DNA of 64,000 nt, taken from assembly GCA_013239625.1 (NCBI GenBank), contig MU053881.1, forward strand, positions 5,913,957-5,977,956, written 5' to 3'. Below are positions 11,048-21,055 of the stretch, in pieces. A program made the translations under genes and the position numbers. The notes below the pieces were generated by a model. The model ran no database searches. It saw nothing but the letters and a program-made list of their open reading frames with translations, and was not told the DNA's origin. The stretch's first letter is position 1; the number at the start of each line of letters is the position of its first letter. The stretch is from Lama guanicoe (lineage: Eukaryota).

Positions 11048-13867
11048 CATCTCCCACTCCTCCCCCAAGTTCACTCTGGCCTCCAGCTATGCCAAATATC
11101 AGTTCACACTTCCATGGCCAGGCACAGGCTGTTCCCGCTGGCAGGAGACGCCCTCATAGTCCCAGCTCTGCTTGGCACATTTCCATCTGTCCCTCAGGAC
11201 CAAGCTCTCTGGGGGGTCCTCTGCTGGGAAGCTCCCTGGCCAGACCAACCTTGGGTGGACACTGTCTTTGCCCACTCAGCCTCCGGTGCCCCCTCTCCCA
11301 GTGTCAGCGCCATGAGGTGCTGGGGGCTGGCTCCCTCCTTCATTTCAGGAGCAAGGAGGTGACCCAGGCCTGGCCAAGAGCGGATCAGTCAGGGTCCTTG
11401 CTGTGGCTTTTCCTACTGCAGCTGATGGGGAGAAGATGTCTCTCCTGTGGGACTCGCGCTGCCCGGGCCGTGCTTCCAGCTTTGTGGGGGAGCTGATCTG
11501 AGGGGACAAAGCCAAGATAACATAGGGAAGTAGAGGAGAGCGGGTGAGAGAGCACAGAGAAGAGAGACATGTGGAGTGGACTGGGCGGAGGTGAGAGGGA
11601 GAGAAAAGGAAGACAGAGAAGGAGATGGTCCTGAAGTCCCCCGTGTCCCCTGACGATCACTCCTTTCCATGGCTTAGTTCCAGGGGCTAGTGGATCCTTC
11701 ATTGCTTCAGTTCCCATGTTTCATGGAATCTAATACCCTGGGGATTATGAGCCGCACCATTACTTAACGTACCAATGAACTGTCAGTGGGTTGCAAGGCA
11801 CAGTGTTAAAATGCTGGGTTGGGGGAGAACGGATGTCCTTGAAGAGATGAATACAGTGGTCCATCGTGGGCTTCCGTCTCTCACAAAAGGAAGATGCCCG
11901 TTCATTCTCTTGCCACTTCTCTTCACTCTGGATACTCGCCCTGGGCCCAGGAGGCCGACAGTATCTTCCTCTCTTACAAGATTTCTTTTGGGAGGAGATG
12001 GAGGGAGGAAAGGTGCCTATTCACCTGCGGAAGTGGAAGAGTACGGTGCAGAAATGTGCTCATCTCAGAAGCGGCAGAGCTGTGAGCTCTGGGCTGGGGC
12101 GGACAGTGAAAGTCGAAGGAAGCCCCTGCCGTGTGCCGGGGATGCCCGCTCTCCCCATCAGCCCTAGAGAGGACAACGACTGTCCCAGAAGAGGGAACCA
12201 AGGCCTGTTCAAGTTAACCCGCTCGGCCAAGGTCAGGAAGTGGGCGCCACGCAGCCGAGATCCGAACCCTTCCCAACACACAGCATCCTTTCCCACTTGG
12301 AGCTTGGCTGACTCCATGTGTTTGGTCCTAATTATCCCTAAAATTGTCTAACAAGACAGGCTCCAGTGAGAAGAGAGAGCAAAAGTGTTACACAGCAGTG
12401 CTGCCCCTGGGTGACCAAGAACAGTACAACTTCCTCCCACCCCTCCAGCATTCTTAGAAATTTAGGGGGAAAACAGAGGCCACGTGGCCAGCCACGGATC
12501 TCTCCCCATGACCGTCCCATTTTCATCTGAACGTCTCCATGGTATAAAGAGAGGCTGCAAGGTGCTTGGGGCGGAAGTGAGAGGTGCAGCCTGGGCTGTC
12601 ATTGGCTCATGGCATGTCACTTCCCCCCTATGGGCCTCAGTGTCCCCAGCTGTAAAATGACCACAGCTGGGGCTGGACCAGCTCACCTTGAAGGGCTCTT
12701 CGGGGGCAAATGTAAACCTCAAGTTATTCACTTTGCTAGACTGTTGTACAGTTTACCAAGCTCTCTCTAGATCCTCTGACCCTATGGTTCTCAACCTGTT
12801 TTCTGTTGTCACACACGTGGCGTTCTCCCACGCACAGTTCCCCTGGGCACCTCCCACATTTTGTCCCTTTCCCTCCCACTCGGGAAAGCACATTAGAATG
12901 CAAATGGGCAAGGGTGACGTTGTCATAGGGCTAACCTTGGATACACTCTCAGTCGTGTGATTTTAACCTAAATCATTTGAAGTATCAGTGCTTTGTCATT
13001 AGCAAATAATTACCTTGCCAGGTTTCTCCTGACTGATTCTGACCCACAAGCTTGTCTAGACACAGTGGATCAAAGCCACAGCTGTAGTGAGGCCAAGAGG
13101 AGACGGCACTGGCTTTAGATTCACCGAGGAGCTAAAGCAGGTGGTATTTTAATAGCCGGTGTCAAAATTCCTCCTGAAAAGGGAATTGTGTTTTAGTGCG
13201 AAAATAATCAGGGGAGGTAGGATGCTGAGGGCCCTCGGGGGCAGGGCTCCCAAGAGGAGATCTGGGTTGCCCTGCAAAGAGACAGCCCGGGAGGGAGGAG
13301 GTGAGGGGAGAGGTGAGGACAAGGATGGGGAGATGAGTCAGCTAGAGAATGGAAGGGTCTGCTGTGTTGGGTCTGTCTTTGCGATTCCTAGATGTTCAGA
13401 TACTCCCTTAAGCTCCCCAGTGGGGTGTGCACGCACGTGCGCATGTGTGTATGTGTTATGAATCCAGCAAAGGATGCTCTCAGACCACACACATATACAC
13501 ATAGCACAGGAACCAAGAAGGAGGCAGATTTTCAAATGTCTGAAAATTTGCAGAAATCTCAGAAAGTTCTAAGTGGCTGCAGGCCATGGGACTGAGGGTT
13601 TCAGGCAATCCCAGCTAGACCTGTGGTGCTTCCAAGGCCCCATCTGATGTATAGGTTTCCCCCCATTTTGCAGATCGGGAGACAAGAGAGCTTGCCGAGA
13701 TGGAGCAAAACTAGCTCATTCCTTCCGCTGGGTCCCCATTAGATATTTGTTCGTGGGTCCCTGACCCCAAGTTTTCCCATCTTCTCTCCCAAGTCCTAAC
13801 TTATTCACCACCTTAGTAAATTCCTGGACGATCCCAGCTTCTGTCCTTCCGCAGCAGTTTTGCACTG

Positions 13868-14178
13868 ATGTTTTGTTTCGAAGTAGCTTTAGATTTACAA
13901 AAGAACTATAAAGATAGAGAATTCCCACAAGCCAGCTTCCTCTAATGTTAACGTCTTATGTAACGTTTGTCTCAACTGAGAACGTTGACAGGACACTATT
14001 AACGAAGCTCCTCACAGTGCATTGATTTCATTTGGATTTCACTAGTTTTTTCACTAATGTTCTCTTTCAGTTTCCTCCCATTCAGGATACCACGTTGCAT
14101 TTAGTCATCATCTCGCCTTGGTCTCCTCCAATCTGTGAAAACTCCTCAATCTCTTTGTTTTCCATGACGTCGAAACTG
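13868..14178 (-). mobile_element. L1MC-type 3' UTR fragment
   Basis: 'tttagatttacaaaagaac...ttttcactaatgttctctttcag...caggataccacgttgcatttagtcatcatctc'. Confidence 0.75.
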
Positions 14179-14575
14179 GTGTCCACCATGTTGGCTCTCC
14201 ATTTATGTATTGATCGATTCATCTAATTGACCCATCAACTCACCCACATGGTGTCAGGCCCTATGCCAGGCACTGGGGGGTGGGGGGCTCAGAAATGAAT
14301 CAGGGGAGCTCCCTGGAGCTCACAGACAGGAGATAGACCATGAAATCATAGTGATAAAAGCCATGGCAGACAAAGGCACAGGTGACAAGAGCTGATGCGT
14401 GTAAATGGAAGACTTGGAGCTCAGGCTGAAGCCCAGAGCACCAGAGGGATGGTCTGCCCTCAAGGGGCACCTGCAATTATATAGGAACCTTGATCAATGA
14501 GACACATTGCGGAGCGGACAGGCACATCGTCCCCTGGGCAGTAACACTGTCCAGCAGCAGCGTGTATGCCCCGTC

Positions 14576-15642
14576 TGTGACAGGCAGCTGTTGTGGGTTG
14601 AACTGTGTCCCCTCAAAACGCAGATGGGAGCCCTAATCCCCGATTCTTGGGGTTGTGATCTTATTTGGGAATAGTGTCTTTGCAGATGTAAAATCCAGTT
14701 AAAACAAGGTCACACCCTAATCAATGACTGGTTTCCTTATAAGACGAGAGAAATTTGGACACAGACCCATATGGAGAATGCCTCATGAAGACAGGAAGCA
14801 CTGATCTGTCTAGAGGCCAAGGAGCACCAAGGATTACTGGCAGCCAGAAGCGAGGAAGGGGTAGGGAAGGTCTTTCCCTAGAGCTTCAGAGAGAGCATGT
14901 CCCCACTGATGTCACGATGTTGGACTCCTGCACTTTAGAACTGTGAGACAATACATTTCTATTGTTCCCAACACCCTAATTGACAGTGATTTGTGATGGC
15001 AGCCCCAGGAAATGAACACAGCAGTTACTACAGTGGCTCCCAACGAGCCCGCCTCTTGGTATTCATGCCCTGATATGATCCCTTCCCATTGAGCCTGCAC
15101 TAGACCTAGCGACTAGCGGCTGAGACGTAGAATGTGGTCAAAAGCGATGGCTATCACTTCTGAAAGCAGGCTGTGAGAGCCTGGGGCATCCGGCGGGTGC
15201 GCGCTCTCTCTTTTCCTCTCTCTCTGTCTCCCTGTTGCTGTCTGGCTCTTTTGGTTTGCTTGCTCTGATGAAGCAAGTTGCTATGCTGTGAAGTTGCCCT
15301 ATGAAGAATGCCCTCCTCTCCCTCCCCGTGGGGTAAGGAACTGAGGGTGGCCTCCAGTCACTGGCCAGCAAATTGCTGAGCATCTCAGTCCACTGTCCCG
15401 AGGAGTGGAATCCGGCCAACAGCCACATTAGTGAATTTAGAAACAGATCCTTCCCCGGCCAAGCCTGGAGACGACTGTAGCCCTAGCCAACACCTTGATC
15501 GCTGCCTTGGCAGCGACCTGGAGCCAGAGGATCCTGCTAAGCCGTGCCCGGATTCCTGATCCACAGGAACTGTGAGATAATTCTTGCTCTAAGACACTAA
15601 GTTTGGGGGTAATTGTTATACAGCAATGGGTAACCAACAAAC
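14576..15642 (+). mobile_element. MLT1F/MLT1E-like MaLR LTR; its first 13 bp are separated from the rest by an inserted LTR
   Basis: 'tgtgacaggcagc' (14576-14588) continues after 15025 as 'gtggctcccaacgagcccgcctcttggtattcatgccc'; 3' end 'aagtttgggggtaattgttatacagcaatgggtaacc'. Confidence 0.8.
14589..15020 (+). mobile_element. MLT1B/MLT1C-like MaLR solo LTR
   Basis: TG...CA ends (tgttgtgggttgaactgtgtcccc ... ggaaatgaacaca); 5-bp TSD gcagc/gcagt. Confidence 0.88.
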
Positions 15643-15665
15643 TGCCAGCTAGTAATCAGTTCCAA

Positions 15666-16386
15666 TGTATGTTTTCCACCACCACCAAGCAATTATGTCA
15701 ATTCTGACACTATCCACCTGGAGATGGTGTCAGATCCCCCAGGTTAAGAGTTCAGTCCAGCAAGACTGCCTCCTGCATCTCACTTCAGGCACCAACCACA
15801 AGTCTAGCTTGTCAACGGTGCTTCTGACCGACTGGCTATAAATTGGAGGTTCCCTTGACCCCCTCCTTGGGCTCAGTTAGTTAGAATGGCTCACAGAAGT
15901 CCAGAAAAGTTTGCTTACTAGTTTCCTAGCTTGTTATAAAAGGATATAACTCAGGAACAGCCAGAGGGAAGCAATGCGCAGGGCAAAGTATGGGGAAAGG
16001 GGGCGGAGCTTCCATGCCCTCCGATCAAGCCACTCTCCCTGCACCTCCACGTTTTCACCAACCCAGAAGCTGGGCTTCTAGAGAGGCTTCTTACATAGGC
16101 ATGATTGATTAAATTATTAGCCATTGCTGACTGAACTCAGTCTCCAGCCCTCCACCCCTCCCCAGAGGTCTGCGGATAGGACTGAATGTTCCAGCCCTCT
16201 AATCGCCTGATCGGTTCCCTTGGCAACCAGCCCCCATCCTTAAGTTACCTGGAGCGTTCCAAAAGTCAACTTATTAACATAACAAAAGACACCTTGCTTC
16301 TCTCCTTCCAAGAGTTTTTGGAGCTCTGTGCTAGGAATGGGAAGAAGATGAAATGTATACTTCTTATTATAAATCACGATGTTACA
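15666..16386 (-). mobile_element. MER21-like LTR
   Basis: 'caattctgacactatccacctggagatggtgtcagatccc', 'ttataaaaggatataactcaggaacagccag', end 'aaatcacgatgttaca'. Confidence 0.8.
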
Positions 16387-16505
16387 TCAGCAAGCGCTGA
16401 TGTAGCCAAGTAGGAATGTAGCCCGTTGTTTACCAATCTGTAGATTTTTCAAGAGACACTGAAAAATCCAAATTTCTTTTTTGCATGCAAAATGTCCAGT
16501 TAGAG

Positions 16506-16727
16506 CAGGGTTTCATTTTGTGTCTCTCTCCCCACCCCCACCCCCGGAGACCTTTGACATTGTCTAGAGACATTTTTGATTGTCATGACTGGAGGGCGCC
16601 GCTGCTGTCTAGCGGACAGAGATCAGGGAGGCTGCAAATGCTCTTACGTTGCACAGGACAGCCCCCTCCCCCCCATGAAGACATATCTTGTCCAAAATGT
16701 CAATAATATCACTGTTGAGAAACCCTG
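16506..16727 (+). mobile_element. MER20-like hAT-Charlie element with TIRs and TSD
   Basis: TIRs CAGGGTTTC...GAAACCCTG; 8-bp flanks agttagag/aatcagag (6/8). Confidence 0.88.
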
Positions 16728-16853
16728 AATCAGAGAAGCACAGATTGAGAGCCAAGCAAACAGATCTGATGACCAGATTTGGGGGGCGCTTCCAGGTTAC
16801 CGTCCCAACTGTAGTATTTTTACGTGGTGTCTTACGGTATACCTGGTTTCTGT

Positions 16854-17216
16854 TGTTAAAAGATAAACTGAGACATATTTAAAATGTTCAGAGTTTATTT
16901 GAGCAAAAATCAATTCAAATCAAGCAAATAGAAAAGAGCTCTGAGGAGCCATGCAACATGAAAGACTTTTATGGGCAGAAGGGAGCAGGAACAAGGAAGT
17001 CATACTAGGCAGAAAAAGATGGGTTGGTGTTGATGGCAGGGTTACTTTCCTTCTCGTAGGCAGATAGCTAACTAGTGCTGATCAGGGGGTTCCTGGTGGA
17101 CTGGTTTAATGTTCCATTTCTTGGAAAGCCAAAACTATAATTCAGTCTCTCTGTTTGATGGCATGGAGCGTAGCATAAGTGACTCCATTTGGGGTCTGTT
17201 GTCTTGTATTTTAACA
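16854..17216 (-). mobile_element. ERV1-class solo LTR
   Basis: Inverted termini TGTTAAAA...TTTTAACA; 4-bp flanks ctgt/ctgc; minus-strand AATAAA near the 3' end ('tttatt', about 16894-16899); 'aaatggagtcacttatgcta' near the 5' end. Confidence 0.8.
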
Positions 17217-17509
17217 CTGCTTTATGGTGTAACTTGTTTTATAGTTTAACTGGTTTCTTTGTCACCATTTCTTTACAAACCTGCCTGTTAGATCTCCCTC
17301 CCCTGCCTGTGGACAATAGCTTCAGTTTCTCAATCGCTTTCAGGCATTAGAACAATATCATTTTTCAGCTATTTAAAAAACTCAGAAATACCTAACACCA
17401 AAACGGCAATCTCTCATCTGGTTTAATGCTTCTTTCCTTTCTTCAGTCCTGGTCTCGCCTGAGAATTCTTCACTTCAGCCCTTCAGATGAGGAAAAAGGA
17501 ACAATGCAG

Positions 17510-17897
17510 TAACCTAGAGGTAAATAACTATAGGAAGCAGCTGCCACCCGAGGGCTGATGGGAAGGGTGGGGAGGAGCGTTATTATTAGAGTCTACAAGC
17601 TTGGAGGAATTGCTGTCATCTTGAGTGTTGGGACCTTGGAGGCGAAGCAGCCACCTCCATCAACACCGCCAGAAGAAGTAGGGGAAAGGAGGGAGAGAGA
17701 GAGAGAAAACAAAAATGGTTTATCCTCTTCTCCTGTCTTTTGATCTCCCACTGGTGCCTCTTATTGACATAACCTAAAGGAAGTCAACCAGTGAAGCACC
17801 TTGAGAATGTTCATTTACAGCCCCCTGGACCGCACTCTACAGGGTAGACCATAGAAGGCAGGTGTGGAGCTGAGAGACAATAGGTAAATATCCAGCA
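17510..17897 (-). mobile_element. LTR41/LTR78-like old LTR
   Basis: 'tgatctcccactggtgcctcttattgacataacctaaaggaag' and end 'gagacaataggtaaatatccagca'; resembles the 41236-41640 element in reverse. Confidence 0.55.
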
Positions 17898-18629
17898 TGT
17901 GGGCATGACTGTTTTTTCATTGTCCATCCCCCTTGCTCCTCCATACGCCCTCCTCCAGTCATTCTGGCTCTGTCAGCACTCAAGTGGGGACTGCAGAGGG
18001 AAGAAGTAGTAAAGTATCCCAAAGGCCAAATGCCTGTGATGCTGAGTCCACAAAGTACGTCTTCCAAGGACCTTTCACTAGTGTTGGGTAATAAGCAGTT
18101 GGTTCTCCCTGCGCTCTCTTTTGGGCCACTGCACAAATGCTGGCTGTCACTTTATGGGTTCTTTAGAGATCCCAGTGGGGACCTCTGCTGCTCTTATTTT
18201 CTACCTTAAGAGACAGTCCCTGGCTGGCCACTAAATATGTCCACCCACCCCACTCCACCCTGGCCCCAGCTCCTGAGATCTTGTGATGCACCCCACACAG
18301 AGATTTCCTGCTGGGATCCTCTTGCCCTGATTGCCTTCCCTCTTGGATAGAGTCATTTCCTGAAAGCTCTAGCCCAGCTATGTCCCATAGTATCCACTTA
18401 GCCCATGGGAAAACTCAACATTTTTGGCCCCACCAAACTCTGGCAGGGCAGGCTACCCCCGCTGCAATGTTTTCTTCCATTAGTGCGCACAGACAGAGCA
18501 CCCAGGACTTTGCCTTTGCCTTCTCCAATTAGAGTCAAGTACCATGTCTAGCTAACTCGAGGTATACCAGTTAATTTTCATAAGGGTTCTTCTACCAACT
18601 TCACTCCAGTAGCACCACAGGGTGAACAT

Positions 18630-19085
18630 GTAGCAAAATACCTAAATAAAAGTGAATAGTAAAGAAAATTATTTCATATAGTAAACGCTCAGGTTGGTTT
18701 AGAGGCTACATAGCTCTGGCTAGTACCCCTTGAGTTCCTTTGGCCTTACCCTCATGGTGGCAAGATGGCTGCAGTGTCTCCAGGAATTACATCTTCATCA
18801 GCAGGGTCCAAAGTGCAAAGGGAATGGAGGTGTGGGAGGATAGGCCGTTTTCCTGAGTGCCTCTGTCTTTTGTCTTTCTGAAAAGCCCCTAGCAAACTTT
18901 CCCTTACACTTCATTGGCTCAAATCATATATCCAGTCCTAGATCAATCCACTGACAAGAAGGAATGGAAGAACCAAGCCTGGCTTAGAACAATCCTAACT
19001 CAATTTTTGGAGCCAGAACACAATTGGGATACTGTTTTCTAGGGAAGAAGAGGGAATGGCTATTGAGTAGGTATCTGCCACAGGC
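18630..19085 (-). mobile_element. Old MaLR LTR (MLT1K/L-like)
   Basis: 'ccctcatggtggcaagatggctgcag', 'tcccttacacttcattggctc'. Confidence 0.65.
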
Positions 19086-19809
19086 TTTTCAGTTGCTTTG
19101 GAAGTTTTCCATTCTGTAAATAATTCTGCCCTAAATATTCTTTTGCACAAAGATTTCCCCACATTTAAAATGGTCTTCTTTGGGAGGTGATGGGACACAC
19201 GGACAGACACACGCACACACATGCCTTAGTGTTCCCCTAACTGCCATGCTTTATCTTGGAAATGAGGCTGAAGGCACATGGCCAGAGGAAGTATCTGTGT
19301 CTTACTGCCCCTTGAGGTGTGCCCTCCCTCCCCTGGGCTAGCTGTCACAGTTCTGTCTTAGCAGATCACCTGGAGTGTGTGAGCGGCTGGCCAGGGTTAA
19401 CATTTTTTGGCTGTGTGCCCCCGAACAGACTATTATCAGCTGATACAGACAATCTGATTACTTCCATATTTTCCCTTTTCTATTTTTATTTTGGCTTATC
19501 CTTTGAATATTTTTTGAGCTCTAGTCTAGTCTAGTCAAAACACTTTAGCCAATCCCAACCTCAGCGTGTGTGCAAAAACCCAACTTAAACAATTTAGAAC
19601 AAAACCTTAAGTCAACCAGCAGAATTGGTTTTTCCATTGGCCGCTTCTCTGGAAATCTGCCAAGGTGCACTTTTGATTAGTGACTGGATTAGGGAACCCT
19701 GCTGCTGCCCTCCAGGAGCTGTACCGGAAACCTGATTTAATGACCCTCAACCATTAGATTCTCAGAAGTGGAATCTGTTGGTCAAACTGCATAATAATTA
19801 CTGGGCACC

Positions 19810-20145
19810 GTGTTAGTTAGGATAGGTATTGCTAGCTGCTATAGTAGAGAATCTCCAAATTGCAGGGTCTTAACCCGATAGAAGTGTCTGTGTTATGCAC
19901 AGAAAGTCTCATCAGGGGTTCTTGGCCAAGCAGCCTTCCAGGTGGTGACTCAGGGGCCCAGGCTCCTTCCATCTTGTTACTCACCCTCGTCTATGGCCCC
20001 AGATCCTCCCTGTTCACCGAGTCGATGGGGAAAGTGAATATGGGATTTCACTCATCTTCCAGTGGCCAGAACTCACTCACGTGGACATATCGACGCAAGA
20101 CGGCCAGGCAGGGGGGGCGGGCTGTGTACCCAGGGGAAAAGGAAT
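19810..20145 (-). mobile_element. Old MaLR LTR (MLT1J/L-like)
   Basis: 'gtgactcaggggcccaggctccttccatcttg', 'tggccagaactcactcacgtgg'. Confidence 0.65.
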
Positions 20146-20319
20146 AATCAGCGACCGTCGTCAAAGACACCCACTTGTGCCAAGTGCTTCACACACATAA
20201 CCTTAAAGTGGATATTAAATCCTCAGTTTTACAGATGGGAAAACTGAGACTCAGAAGGGTGAAGTGTCCTGCCTAAGGCCATACAGCTCATAAGTGTAGG
20301 AGTGCGACTTAGCTCCTAC

Positions 20320-21055
20320 ATTTTCTGTAAATAGCCTTATTCTGTTACCTTTCATATTTCGGTGTTTAATCCACTTGGAGTCCAACCTTGCACATGCTTT
20401 AAGGTGAGCGTCCAGTTTTATTTTTCTCCAGTGTTCCCCAAACCTTAGACTGGATAATTTTTTTTTTTTTACAATACCTGATGCTATAAATTTTTTTCCA
20501 AAAGGTTCAGACTGATTTACATTCTTGTTGTTGTATAAGTATGCTGATTTCACTTCACCCTCTATAACACTAGATATTATGATTTTAAAAAAATCAGTGT
20601 GATTTGATGGTAGAAAAGTGGTAGCTAATTTATGGGATTACCAGTGAGATTGCTTTCTCCCTCTTTATCCCCTAATTTACTTCTTCATTTGTGAATTACT
20701 TATTTGAATTCTTTGTCCATTTATCTAGCAGGGTCATGCCTCTCCATACATACGTCCATACATACAGTGCAAGCTCTTTGTATCATGGAGACATGAGGCC
20801 TTTGCCAGGCATTTTGGCTGCATGCATTTCCCTATCTTTTTTTTATATATACAGATGTGCTAAATTTTTCTGCAGTCAATTCTGTCCATCTCTTTCTTTG
20901 TGATCTTTTCTGATGCTTCTAACTTTAACCAGCCTTTTCTCTGCAGAGGTCTGATAAATATGCAAGTCTTTCTCCCTCTGTGGTTTGATTTTTTTAAAAA
21001 ATATTCAATTCTTCAGTGCATCTGGAATGCATTTCAGCGTATGGCATGATACGGA
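20320..21055 (-). mobile_element. Degraded L1ME-type fragments
   Basis: 'tttaatccacttggag', 'ttcatttgtgaattacttatttgaattctttgtccattt', 'gcatctggaatgcatttcagcgtatgg'. Confidence 0.6.

Larger units (their letters stand above)
14540..16808 (-). mobile_element. MER102-like hAT-Charlie element fragmented by four insertions (pieces about 14540-14575, 15643-15665, 16387-16505, 16728-16808)
   Basis: The pieces are colinear with the reverse complement of the intact copy at 24250-24480, e.g. 'ccaatctgtagatttttcaagagacactgaaaaatcc' vs 'ccagatctaatgatttctcaagagaaaccagaaatct'. Confidence 0.65.

Noticed and set aside
10735..11496. Longest ORF (253 aa)
   Set aside because: It spans the N gap, overlaps L2/LTR-like sequence and shows no recognisable domain.
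17447..17519. Exon-like segment with polypyrimidine-AG acceptor and AG/GTAAAT donor
   Set aside because: Stops in all three frames and no partner exons seen; such pseudo-exons are common.
17900..18620. Possible LTR or ERV internal remnant
   Set aside because: It looks repeat-derived, but I could not assign a family or find gag/pol motifs.
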